Shown: in pieces, positions 10,524 through 21,393 of the stretch
Layout of the letters: every line of letters starts with the position of its first letter
Numbering within the stretch: the first letter of the stretch is position 1
Source: an uncultured Methanoregulaceae archaeon
Lineage (GTDB): Archaea > Halobacteriota > Methanomicrobia > Methanomicrobiales > Methanospirillaceae
DNA: 64,000 nt
Assembly (NCBI GenBank): GCA_963818425.1
Contig: CAWFSA010000004.1
Location: forward strand, 188,016-252,015
Direction: 5' to 3'
Position numbers and translations under genes: made by a program
The notes under the pieces: generated by a model
The model's input: only the letters and a program-made list of their open reading frames with translations
What the model was told of the DNA's origin: nothing
Database searches by the model: none

Positions 10524-11670
10524 TCAGTGCAACAGGGCGCCATGCGCCCTCGAATTTTGTCCGCACAAACGGGATGCCCGTTCGAAATCTTCCGGTGAGA
10601 TACGGTACTCGGCAAGAAGTGCCTCGGTTGCCTGTTCACCGGGCGTTTTTGCCTCAAATTTCTCTTTTCCCGGCATGAAGAGGGCGATGGTGCACCGTCC
10701 GCGTTTCAGATGGATTTTTACCGCACCGCAATTTGCTCCCGTAACGGTGTCCGTCCGCCCGTTGGCAAACAGGAGCCGGTCGCCCGGATGCGGGTCGTCA
10801 AGGGCATACCCGTCATCAATCCGCCGGCTCAGGGCAAGGTTGAACAGGTACGACTGGAATGCCGAGACGAACATGGAGAGCAGTTTTGGGGGAAGTACCT
10901 GCAGCGCTCCCGCATAGTCGCCCGGACACTCAACGAGATGGTGGAGCATGGCCCGCTCGTAATTCATCTGGACCGGCAGGGCATGCAGCGCGGGTGCGGG
11001 ATCCCGGGTTGCACTGAATGCTGAACGGATCGCCTTGATCTCATCGGGCTCACCGGGGAATTCCATGCCGACATACGTCAGGACCGCCTGCTCATAGTCC
11101 CCTTTCAGGATCCATTCACCAACGCGGTGGGTCACCGGGCGGATGGCTCCGAACCGCTGGAGCCCGAAATAATTGGGCACCCCGGCTGCAACCGTTTCTG
11201 AAATGCTGCGCACCCGGCCGGCAAGATCTGCCGATGTCCGGGTCCCGGATAACAATATCAAAGCGGTTTCCCTGCAGGTCGCCAAGCGACAGTCCCTCGT
11301 TTGACTGGGTGAGGGGTTCAAGCGAGATATCCTTCAGGTACACCGCGGCTACCTGTTCGGGGGTCACATTATAGAGGGAGATCCACTGCGTTGTGATCGC
11401 GTTGCGGTCTTTCGTGCCCGCCCAGCCAATCCGGCGGTGGCTGATGCCGAGCCGTTTTGCGATCTCCTTGACCGCGTGCTGGAGCTCCCAGTTCTTCTTG
11501 GTCAGCCGGCAGATCAGGAAAGGACCGCTCGTCTGTTTTTTTTCAAGCGGGATCTCTTCCACAAGGAAGTCCTCAGCAGTTGACCGGAGCCTGCCTCCAA
11601 TCCCTTCGGCATCGCTCGCATAATAGTCCATTCCCAGGTCGCGTTCAAGCGGGAACGTGCTCTGTTTCAT
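10524..11670 (-). CDS. truD: tRNA pseudouridine(13) synthase TruD, interrupted by a frameshift near 11240-11255
   Basis: The upstream ORF has the catalytic GTKDRNAITTQ motif. The downstream ORF has NYFGLQRFG and the rest of TruD. The join is at ccgggacccgg, a homopolymer context. Confidence 0.7.
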
Positions 11671-12029
11671 AAGAGGGAGAGCGAGCCGGTAATCTTGTCG
11701 AGGTCCTCGCTCTTTGCCGGGCCCAGGCCGAGCGCAGTGATGGTGCCGGGCGGGATCTCGGTCATACCGGCATCCTGGATCAGGGATGTCGAGATACCGG
11801 CGCGTTCGGCAATAACCTTGAGCTCAAAGAGCGTCCGCTCGTCGTTTGCCTTGAGGACCACTTTCTTCTGGCCTTCCTGCAGCCATGCCTTCTGAAGGTT
11901 CTTGTCGGCACCGTTATATGCGCCGATAGATGCGTGGCCTGCCTGTGCGCACCGCTTGCCGCAGCTCATCTTCACATCATTCCGGATGATGAGACACTGT
12001 TTGTAACGGAATTCCGGCTCGTGTGCCAT
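11667..12029 (-). CDS. pth: Peptidyl-tRNA hydrolase, archaeal type (Pth2)
   Basis: 120 aa with the Pth2 motifs KQ.IIRNDVKMS.GK..AQAGHAS and GLGP. Confidence 0.8.
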   Translation of the reverse strand: MAHEPEFRYKQCLIIRNDVKMSCGKRCAQAGHASIGAYNGADKNLQKAWLQEGQKKVVLKANDERTLFELKVIAERAGISTSLIQDAGMTEIPPGTITALGLGPAKSEDLDKITGSLSLL

Positions 12030-12105
12030 TTCCGGTATCTTTGGTTCTGTCCCGTCATATACCTATAGCAGGATCATCGCAGATACCAATAAAAGGGAAT
12101 ATTTT

Positions 12106-12948
12106 TTGCGCTCCGGTCACCAATGGTATGAGCGTACTCCCATGGCCTCCCGTGAACATGTCCATCCCCGCACCGGGGCAGTAACAGCAGGAACCATCAT
12201 ACTGCTGCTCATCTTCCTGACGTTTTCCTGCGGATGCCTGGACGTCGAGCCCGAAGAACTCCCCCCCCAAACAACGCCACCGCCACCTCCCATCACCGTT
12301 TCCCCGACGGTATCGGCCAATATCCCGGAGAACATCAGCAGCGTTCCCCTGCCGATCACCATCACCGGCCCGAAACAGACGGTCATCTTCACAGAACAGG
12401 ACTTCCCCTCGGAAGTTGAAAACGCCGTCGGCGATTTTGCGGGAGGCAAAACAACCGATACCATCAACAGGTTCCTCCGCTATGAATCGGTGAGGGCCCG
12501 GACAAACCAGTCGGACGCTTCACGCATCCAGGAGCAGATCCGCCGTATTGATTATGCGGTGTTCAATACAACGGTAAAAGAGAATATCCGTCTTTATACC
12601 GGTGTCAGTGGGGAACAGGCAAAACGGATCCGGAACGACTCGGTCTTTTCAGAGAACGGGTATATCCTTGCATCGTACGACCCGTCGGTAGTTTATCACC
12701 GGCTTGCGAACAGCGGGAGGGATAACGAGGGATACCTCACGATGTGCGTTATCGATTTCAGGCCCGGGAACCGTCTCCTGTTTGTCAACGCCACGGTGCG
12801 GGAGTTCCTCATTCCCCACGACGGCATCTGGGATGTGGCAGGTGAGGAAACGTACGAGCAGCTGGAGTTTTCCGCGGACTCGTTTCCCCGGTACGATGAT
12901 ATAATCCAGACGAAAGTACGACTTATTTACACAAAAGAACATCCCTGA
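12106..12948 (+). CDS. Hypothetical secreted/lipoprotein-like protein
   Basis: 280-aa ORF whose likely start is the internal Met at 12142. It has a hydrophobic leader ending in the lipobox-like FSCGCL, then a Pro/Thr-rich linker and a globular domain of unknown function. Confidence 0.4.
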   Translation: MRSGHQWYERTPMASREHVHPRTGAVTAGTIILLLIFLTFSCGCLDVEPEELPPQTTPPPPPITVSPTVSANIPENISSVPLPITITGPKQTVIFTEQDFPSEVENAVGDFAGGKTTDTINRFLRYESVRARTNQSDASRIQEQIRRIDYAVFNTTVKENIRLYTGVSGEQAKRIRNDSVFSENGYILASYDPSVVYHRLANSGRDNEGYLTMCVIDFRPGNRLLFVNATVREFLIPHDGIWDVAGEETYEQLEFSADSFPRYDDIIQTKVRLIYTKEHP

Positions 12949-13251
12949 TGGCCTAATAACAGACATTATTGTTGTGCACAATGCCGTGCAGGACTATCAC
13001 AACACCATTCTTGCAGGGATTTTGTCCAAGACAGGGCAGCCCCCCGGGACGTATACGAAAATCCGCATCGCTCCGGAGAGGCTCCCCCGGATGCTGACCG
13101 GTGCCAGGTTTGCGATCGAGTATTCCGCAGTGGATGACGGGATGATTACCGTTACTGCACGGAAGGATGCGTGAATCGGGATGATTATTGTACCGTGCAA
13201 TCCTGCCTTCATCCCAGCATTCTTATATTCTGATTTTGGAATATTCCCATC

Positions 13252-14254
13252 ATGGAACCTGCGGACCCGGAACCGGCGATCATCCGTGTCGAGAACCTTG
13301 AACACCGCTACGGGGATTTCAAAGCGGTCGACAATATCAGTTTTTCCGTGAGAAAAGGGGAGATCTTCTCGTTCCTCGGGCCGAACGGGGCCGGCAAGAG
13401 CACGGCAATCAATATCCTCATCACCCTGCTCTCGCTGCAGAAAGGCAGGGCAATGGTTGCAGGATATGATGTGACCAGGGATCCCCAGAGCGTCCGGGAA
13501 TCGATCGGCATCGTCTTCCAGGACATCACGCTCGACCGGGATATGACGGTCTGGGAGATCCTCGAATTTCACGGCAGGCTCTACAATATGCCGGTAGATG
13601 AGCGGAGGGCCCGGATCGATGAACTCCTGCAAGCTGGTCCAGCTCGATGCGAAACGGGACGAACGCATAAAAAACCTGAGCGGGGGCATGAAGCGCCGTC
13701 TCGAGATCGCCCGCGGGCTGATGACCCGGCCCAAAGTCCTCTTCCTCGATGAACCCACGATCGGGCTCGACCCGCAGACGCGGATGCGGATGTGGGATTA
13801 CATCAAGGGGGTCAACAATGAAGGGACGACCATCTTCCTCACCACCCATTACATGGACGAGGCCGACCATCTCTCCGACCGGATCAGTATCATCGATCAC
13901 GGGAAGATCGTTATTTCCGGCACCTCATGGGAACTCAAGAACACGCTCGGGCAGGACATCATTTATCTTGAGACCAATGACAATGAGACGGCCACTCGTC
14001 TGCTGAAAGACCTGCCGTCGATCCGGGATATCAAAATAAAAACCAGGGGGTTCCTGCTCATGGTCAACGAGGACGGGACCAAACTGCTGCCGGGGATCAT
14101 CGACACGCTCCGGAATGCCGGCATTGAGATCACGACCATCAACTTAAAAAAACCCTCCATGGATGACGTTTTTGTCTTTTACACGGGAAAAGAGCTCCGC
14201 GATGAAGGAGCAGCACCGGCAAAACCGGTGTTCCTGCGGGCGGGAGGGCGGTAA
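13252..14254 (+). CDS. ABC transporter ATP-binding protein (ABC-2 subfamily), interrupted by a frameshift near 13633-13640
   Basis: Walker A GPNGAGKST lies in the first ORF. The signature LSGGMKRR and Walker B LFLDEPT lie in the second. A single extra base falls in ctcctgCaagctg. Confidence 0.7.
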
Positions 14255-14255
14255 C

Positions 14256-15093
14256 ATGGCCTACGGGTTCATGACCATTTACTGGCGGGACATGATCCGT
14301 TTCGTCCGGTTCAAGACGCTGCTCGTCTCCTCGCTCCTCCAGCCGGCGCTCTGGCTCGCCTTCTTCGGCATCGCCATGTCGAGCAACTTCGACCAGCTGA
14401 CCGCCGGGCATGCCAGTACCTGCCGGTGCCCACGTGGTCGGGTACCTCACCTTCATGGGCGCCGGGATCATCGCGATGACGACCCTGTTCACGAGCCTCT
14501 TTGGCGGGATCGTGATCCTGTTCGACAAGAACTGGGGGCTCATGCGGGAGATCCTTGCAAGCCCGATGAACCGGAACCACATCATCTTCGGGATCGGTCT
14601 TTCCGGCGTTACCAAGTCATTCATCCAGGCGATCATCATCATGGGTTTCGGCATCCTGATCGGCACGGCATTCTTTGCCGGGTTTACCCCGCTCCAGACC
14701 GTCATCGGGATTGCCGGGATCCTTGCCTTTGTTGCCATGTTCGCGCTCGGCTTCCTGTTCCTCTCCGCCGCAATCGCTATCTCGATGGAGAGTCCCGAAG
14801 GGCTCCAGGGGGTTATCACGCTCCTGACCATGCCGATCTTCTTTGCCAGCAACGCCCTCTACCCGATCGACACCTTCCCCGAGATCCTGAAGATCATGTC
14901 GGTCTATAACCCGATGACGCTGCTTATCACCGGCATCCGGTACTTTGCGATCGGCCCGGACTTTGTCGCGCTGGGAAAGCATTACGTGTATACGCCGATG
15001 GATATCGCATGGGCATTTGGCGGGCTCGTGATCTTTACCGTGATCATGTTCGCATTTGCTTACTGGCGGTTCAGGAAAGCGGTCGTGACGTGA
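14256..15093 (+). CDS. ABC-2 type transporter permease, interrupted by a frameshift near 14400-14412
   Basis: The N-terminus (MAYGFMTIYWRDMIRF...LWLAFFGIAMSSNFDQL) is in one frame and the 6-TM body in the 14410..15093 frame. The start lies 1 nt after the ATPase stop. Confidence 0.6.
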
Positions 15094-15094
15094 G

Positions 15095-15130
15095 CACGGT
15101 GTTCACGTATTTTAATAAATTTTTAAGTGT
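15095..15130 (+). terminator. T-rich archaeal terminator candidate after the ABC permease
   Basis: tattttaataaatttttaag immediately follows the stop codon. Confidence 0.3.
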
Positions 15131-15389
15131 GCCCCCTCCTCGCGAGGACACCTTACCGGTGTCTCGCGGGGTGGATTGCCGGATAACTTTTCAGGGAATT
15201 GATCCGTCGCGAGCGACTCCGTCCGTGTCGCGGCAATCCCCGATAGTGTCCTTCTCTTCCTTGCCGCATATACGGGGAGCGGTCTCTGGCTGTAGCAAGA
15301 GCAGCCGTATCTGAACGGGAACAGGAGTCCCGGACGCTGCCACTTTGCAGGGATTCATTTATGCAGGGCAAAAACCAACATAACCGGCA

Positions 15390-16063
15390 ATGGATCTGCC
15401 TTTTTTACTCATCGACATGGTACTGCATTTTGACAAATACCTGCCGGGGATCATCGAAACCTATGGGTTCTGGACCTACGTTATCCTGTTCGTGATCATC
15501 TTCTGCGAGACCGGCCTTGTGGTAGCACCCTACCTTCCCGGAGACTCCCTGCTCTTCGTTGCCGGTGCGCTGGCAGGTGCCGGCCTGCTGAACATCGAGA
15601 TCCTGATCCTCTCGCTGATCGTTGCCGCGGTGCTCGGCGATTCAGCAAACTACTGGATCGGGCATACCACCGGCATGAAAGTCCTTGACTGGAAGTGTAG
15701 TTTTGTCAAAAAGGAGCACCTTGAGCAGACTCATGAATATTTTAAGAAATACGGCGGGTTCACCATCGTCATCGCCCGCTTCGTCCCGTTCATCCGGACG
15801 TTCGCCCCGTTCCTTGCAGGCGTGGGAAAGATGAGTTACCGGTGGTTCCTTCGTACAATATCCTTGGCGGTGCCCTGTGGATCTGTGCGTTCTCCCTTGT
15901 CGGGTACTTCTTCGGAAGCCTCCCCATCATCAAGGAAAATTTCAGCCTGCTCGTGTACGCAATCATCGGGATTTCCCTCCTCGCGGTTGGTTCGGTCGTC
16001 CTGCAGATCATTCGGTCCGCGAATTCCCCGGAGTGCAGGGTGCTCAAGAATCCTCCGGAATAA
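15390..16063 (+). CDS. DedA/SNARE-associated family membrane protein, interrupted by a frameshift near 15845
   Basis: A DedA core (…APYLPGDSLLFVAGALAG…GFTIVIARFVPFIRTFAPFLAGVGKMSYRWFL) continues in the +1 frame with YNILGGALWICAFSLVGYFFG. Confidence 0.65.
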
Positions 16064-17036
16064 TTTTTCTGGAATCTTTCCGGATTTTTTTAAAAAATTT
16101 TTCCCGTATTTTTTCCCGGATTCCCAGGAAACGTTTGCAGTTCTGTGATGCGGGACCCTGCGGCTGATGCGGCAACAACCGGAAAACCGGAACCGGACCT
16201 GCCCATTGCCAAAAACCCGGGACGGGCAGGCGGTCCGCAACCGGGAAAGAGCCAAGCCGGCAAAGAATCCTGCACCGGGCCGGATGATTTGTCGAATGAT
16301 CAAAAAAACCTGAAGATTTCGTTCGAAGACCTGCAGTTTTCTCCTGTCTCAAGTCCGGGGAAAGGGGGCATTCTGCTGCACCGGGTCGGAGGGGTTTGTT
16401 AAAACCCCGTAGAGGCGATGGGAGGTAATGCCGGCCTTCGACTTCGTGAAGCCCGACGGAGCTGAACGATAAGAAGACGAAGTCTTCGACTTCTGATGAC
16501 CTGTCGCACGTCGGTGGATCCTTCTTTTTGATCACCCCCCGGACAGTATCTTTCAGGCAAAGACAGTTGTTCAAATTGGGTGTATTTTGACAAACAGAGT
16601 CTAAAATGACCGAATCCGATCAAGCCATTTTTCAGATCCCCAAAAGATGTACCTGATTCGCAAAAAACGGTACCAGTTATTTTTCAACCTTCCCTTTTTG
16701 ACCCCTGATAGCCCCGGATCTGCCTTTTCCATGCATTCCGGTGATCGTATTTGTTCGCATTTGGATCGAAAAACGGGGAATATGTCCTGATACAGGATGG
16801 CATCGGGCCGGAAGGGGGTTTTGGGATCGGGATTTTCCGACGGGGGAACGTTGACTACTGTCGGAGGAAATTTTAGGCTGATTCCGCGTTACCCGGGACG
16901 GGTCACCGGACAGTCGAAGAACGCTCCCTCATTCTCCTCCTCCTCCGGGTCTGAAGACCAGTCGGACTGTTGTCCATGTGCTGTCCCCCCACTTCGAGCG
17001 AAACATCCACGAAAAACAGAACTGAAACCTTTTGAT

Positions 17037-17321
17037 CTATAACCGGCCATACTTTTTATGAGCACGCTCGATGGTATCCAGGTAATAGATGAAAACGATA
17101 TTTTTTTCAATACGATACAGTGCGGTGTAACTGTGGCTGATATGTAAACGATAAACGGGTTTTTTGCCCCGGCAGGTGAATTTTTCTTTATCGCCACCTT
17201 TCCCGGGATAGGGGTCCGTCTTAAGGAGAGACAGTTTATTCTTTACGATGTGCCGGGTTTTCTCAGGAAGGTTCTCAAGAAATGCCAGGGGCTCATCCTC
17301 AATTTTAGTGATGAATTTCAC
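17037..17321 (-). CDS. RelE/ParE-family type II toxin
   Basis: 94 aa with a RelE/ParE-like pattern (…DPYPGKGG…YRLHISHSYTALYRIEKNIVFIYYLDTIERAHKKY). Its start overlaps the antitoxin stop by 4 nt. Confidence 0.6.
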   Translation of the reverse strand: MKFITKIEDEPLAFLENLPEKTRHIVKNKLSLLKTDPYPGKGGDKEKFTCRGKKPVYRLHISHSYTALYRIEKNIVFIYYLDTIERAHKKYGRL

Positions 17322-17515
17322 TCTTCAAGCTCCACAAAATGGCCGTCCCGCATTTTACGATCGGCATCCTCGAATAACCGGCGGCGCTTCTCCTGAGTTA
17401 CCATATCTGAAAGGACCTGATCAAACGTCTGGCCGGGTTTCCGGAGTTCGTAAAGTTCCTCCCAGGTACTGGGACGAACCGGGATTCTTTTTGTTGAGCA
17501 TTCCTGAACGGACAT
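17318..17515 (-). CDS. Putative antitoxin partner of the RelE-like toxin
   Basis: 65-aa ORF directly upstream of the toxin with translational coupling (ATGA overlap). Small and charged. Confidence 0.45.
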   Translation of the reverse strand: MSVQECSTKRIPVRPSTWEELYELRKPGQTFDQVLSDMVTQEKRRRLFEDADRKMRDGHFVELEE

Positions 17516-17925
17516 AGATACCCTGTTGGTGCTGTAAAGATTTACTTATTTGCAATAGTTCCCTAATTCCTTTTAAAATGTATGCCTTCGAGTGAAACAT
17601 CCACGAGAACAAGGAGTGAAACTGAAAAAACTGGGGGCTGGATTTATAAAAATCTGGCTTCGAGCAAAACATCCACGAGAACAAGGAGTGAAACTCCGTG
17701 ACACAAGACCCGACCACGACAAGACGCTGCTTCAACGGGTGATGCTGCCAAAGAATGAAAGAAAAAAAACTGCTCGGGAGAAAACATGCTAGAGAAATAA
17801 TCGCTCCCCTTGCGACGAGTCCCGGGTTGACGATCCTGACGAATACTAAAACTGCCTTATCCCTGACAGGATGAGGCAGGCCGAAGCCCATGAAGAATTA
17901 TAACGAGGGGTAATGATTTTTTAAA

Positions 17926-18560
17926 AACATCATTTCGCAATCGGGATCCGATTTTGGAACTGCAATCGCGATCACAATCGCGATCGAAAACCTTTCCGGA
18001 AAAATCAGTAACCGGTTTTCATTTCACAATCGGATCCCGATTTTTGCGGTAAAATCGATCTGCGATTTTCATCTGCAAATCGGATCGCGATTGAAAACCG
18101 GTTTTTTGACCGCAAGTACAGACGGAACGCGAAATCGGATCCTGATTTTCATGTGAAAATCGATCAGCGATTTTGATCTCAAAATCGATCTGCGATTTTC
18201 ATTTCATGCTCTGTAGAAAACATTCGAAATTACTTGACGCTCCAGGGGCTACGCCCCGCCGCTGGGGCGCCCCGGTTGCGATAGTGCTGTATTACCTGTT
18301 AAAAAAATGCGGGAAGTTTCAGGACAGGTAATATTGAGGCATCGCATGCGCCATGAGCCCCCAACGGGGGCAGGGCTGGCGTAAGGGGGGTAACCAAATA
18401 TGAAACAGGTTTTCTACAGAGCATCATTTCACAATCGGATCCTGATTTTAAAAACTGCAATCGCGATCATGATCGCGATTAAAAACCAATCCGGATCAAT
18501 CGCAATCCGATTTTAAACCCAAAAACCGGATCCTGGCTCTTCCGGTAAAATCGTTCCATC
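17926..18560. repeat. Field of short palindromic repeats (AAAATCGATCNGCGATTTT and AATCGGATCCNGATTTT units) bracketed by two ~70-bp direct repeats (17926-17995, 18423-18492)
   Basis: At least seven copies of GATC-centred palindromes sit inside a 2.6-kb non-coding stretch. The two ~85% identical 70-bp segments flank MITE copy 1. Confidence 0.5.
18208..18422. mobile_element. MITE copy 1 (orientation A)
   Basis: The 215-bp element has the TIR GCTCTGTAGAAAAC ... GTTTTCTACAGAGC and is flanked by TCATTTCA on both sides. It matches the other four copies. Confidence 0.6.
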
Positions 18561-18688
18561 CATTTTTTCTCCAGAGCAAAAAAAACCATACCCTTGTTCC
18601 CGCCTTCCCCCCAATGTGACACCTTATAATCCCCACAAACCCAATAATATGCTGCGATCCAGAGTAAAAATCATCGCAGGATCCTGAA

Positions 18689-21257
18689 ATGCTCTCACTG
18701 GATGAACTGAAACCCATTACAGGGACGAATGGTTTAACGACCGGACAGGTCGCGGAGTTCCGTAAAAAATACGGCGCCAATGCCATGACCCCCCCGGTCC
18801 GGGAACCGCTCTGGAAACAGTACCTGGAAAAATTCGACGACCCGATCATACGGATCCTGCTCCTTGCGGTGGCCGTCTCGACGGTTGTCTCGATGGTCAA
18901 GGGCAGCGGACTCCTTGACACTATCGGGATCATCATCGCCATCCTCCTTGCGACCGGCATCGCGTTCTTCAACGAGTACCGGAGCAGCAGGGAGTTCGAT
19001 GTGCTGAATGCCCACCGGGACGATGTCGCGATCAAGGTGATCCGCGACGGGCACCCGACATCGGTTCCATCCCGGGACATCGTGGTCGGCGACCTGATCC
19101 TGCTGGAAGCCGGCGACGCCCTGCCCGCGGACGGATGGGTGATTGCGGCCGATGACCTGTTCTCCGATGAATCGGCATTTACCGGTGAGACCGAGCCGGT
19201 AATGAAGGATCTCCTCGACCGCGTGCTGAAAGGGGCATTCATCACCGCAGGCAAAGGTCATATGGTCGCGGCAGCAGTCGGCGACTCAGCCCAGATGGGC
19301 GTAATCGCCGCATCGCTCGGGATCGACCATGCCACCGCAGACCCCGCTCGAGCAGAAACTGGAGTCCCTGGCCCACTCATCAGCCGCTTCGGGTACGCGA
19401 TGGCCGTCCTCATCTGCAGCACGCTGCTTTATCCGGGGGTTCATGATCGGCGAGGTGACGGGGCTCAATATCGATACCGCAAACAATATCCTCCACTATT
19501 TCATGCTCGCGGTCGTGATCGTTGTCGCTGCAGTACCCGAAGGCCTGCCTATGAGCGTTGCGCTCTCGCTCTCGCTTGCCATGCGGAAGATGACGCGGGC
19601 GAACTGCCTTGTCCGGCGCCTGATCGCCTGCGAGACCATCGGCTCAGCCACGACCATCTGCACGGACAAGACCGGCACGCTCACCAAAAACCAGATGGAG
19701 GTGGTGGAGTCACCGGCCGGGAAACCCGAGAACAGTCAGGATCTCCCGCAGAATCCGGCCCAGTGGATTACGCTCAATGCCGCGGTGAACGGGACAGCAC
19801 ATCTTGAGGAGCGGGACGGGAAGATCATCGTCATCGGCAACTCGACCGAGGGAGCGCTGCTCCGCTGGCTCCGGGAATACCACTACGATTACATGCATAT
19901 CCGCGCTGAGACCCGCACCATCAAACAGTACCTCTTCGACGGTAACCGGAAACGGATGTCCACGGTCGTGGAGATGGGCGACAGGTCATGGCTGCTGGTC
20001 AAGGGTGCCCCGGAGATCGTGGCCGGGCTCTGTACAGAGAAACCGGACCTCACCGGGGTCAGCGCCCTGGCCTCGCGGGCAATGCGGACGCTCGCGTTCG
20101 CCCACAAGGAGGTCACGGGGGGCGACGAGCATGAAACGGGACTGACGTGGGATGGTTTCGTCGGCATCCGCGACCACCTCCGGGATAATATTCCTGAGTC
20201 TGTTGCAACCTGCCGGCACGCGGGAATAAAAGTCAGGATGGTCACCGGGGACAACCCGGAGACCGCCCGGGCGATTGCGCAGGAATCAGGCATCATGCAG
20301 GGCGGCACGGTCATCTCCGGTGCGGAATTCCGCGGGCTTCCGAAAGAAGAGCAGACAAAGGTCTCGCGTAATCTCGATGTGATGGCCCGGGCCGAGCCTA
20401 TGGACAAACTCCTGCTTGTCGAGGCGCTCCAGAGAAACGGGGCGGTTGTAGCAGTGACCGGTGACGGGACCAACGATGCGCCGGCGCTCAAGCACGCAGA
20501 CGTTGGCCTCGCCATGGGTATTGCCGGGACGGAGGTAGCCCGCGAGGCAAGCGACATCATCCTGCTCGATGACTCCTTTGCTTCGATCACGAGTGCTGTC
20601 TGGTGGGGCAGGTCACTGTATGAGAACATCCAGAGGTTCATCCTCTTCCAGCTCACCATCAACTTCTGCGCCTGCTTCCTCGTCTTCATTGCACCGCTCT
20701 TAGGGCTCGCGGAACCCTTCACTATCATCCAGATCCTCTGGATCAATATTATCATGGACACGCTTGCGGCATTCGCCCTTTGTTCCGAGGCCCCGCACCG
20801 CGGCCTGATGAACCATAAGCCGGTACCGCAGGATGCAAAGATCGTCACACCGTTCATGTGGCTCTCCATTATAGTGACGGCGACGTTCCTGATCCTTGCC
20901 GGCCTCCTCCAGCTGGCGACCGGATTCCTCGGGGGTTCAACACCGGAAGAGATAAGTACGGTCTTCTTTGCCGGCTTCATTATGGCTGCGGTCTGGAACG
21001 GGATCAACTGCCGGGCGCTCGACGGGAAGATGCCCCCGTTCTTTAAAGGCAATCCGATCTTCTTTATCGTCATGGGCATCGTGGTCGTAGTCCAGATCGC
21101 CATCGTCCAGTATGGTGGTGCCGTATTTGCCACGGTTCCCCTCTCTGCCACGCAGTGGATAACCATTATCGTTGCCTCCGCAGCGGTGCTCGTGGTCGGG
21201 CTTGTCCTGCGGATCTTTTACGGGTTATTCCGCCACCGGCACGGCCGGAGGGCATAG
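18689..21257 (+). CDS. Cation-transporting P-type ATPase (Ca2+-ATPase-like, P2-type), interrupted by at least 2 frameshifts (about 19340-19440)
   Basis: The motifs TGETEPV, PEGLP, DKTGTLT, TGDN and GDGTNDAPAL are all present. The N-terminal 372-aa ORF and the 642-aa ORF overlap in different frames, with a short third-frame segment (LISRFGYAMAVLI) between them. Confidence 0.75.
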
Positions 21258-21393
21258 TTTTTCCCGGACCTGTTGGTTCCCCCTCCTGCGCTCCCCGTCA
21301 TGCTTTCCCTGATGGTACAGATCCAACCGCAGAACAAGGGAATGCCCCCTTGTTACCGGAAAAAAGGTTCGTAACGTTTTTAAAAAGAAAACG

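Larger units (their letters stand above)
16992..17694. CRISPR. Orphan CRISPR-like mini-array: a degenerate 37-bp repeat (16992-17028), a 557-bp insert carrying a TA module, then two 37-bp repeats (17586-17622, 17658-17694) separated by a 35-bp spacer
   Basis: The repeat CTTCGAG(T/C)(G/A)AAACATCCACGAGAACAAGGAGTGAAAC occurs twice and matches at 36 of 37 positions. It ends in GAAAC, typical of archaeal type I/III repeats. A third copy 557 bp away has a diverged centre. No cas genes are present in the window. Confidence 0.35.

Noticed and set aside
12106-12948. Weak resemblance of the lipoprotein's globular domain to the ADP-ribosyltransferase R/S-x-S/E-x-E motif arrangement (RLYTG … SENGYILAS … EETYEQ).
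   Set aside because: The spacing and residues do not match the canonical STS and ExE motifs. The resemblance is too weak to call without a profile search.
12974-13174. The 66-aa ORF between the lipoprotein gene and the ABC transporter.
   Set aside because: It has plausible composition but no motif or translational coupling, and I cannot tell it apart from a chance ORF.
17926-18560. Whether the palindrome-rich non-coding region is a replication origin (oriC).
   Set aside because: No ORB-type consensus (…TCCAnTGGAAA…), no cdc6/orc1 gene nearby, and the region is not markedly AT-rich.
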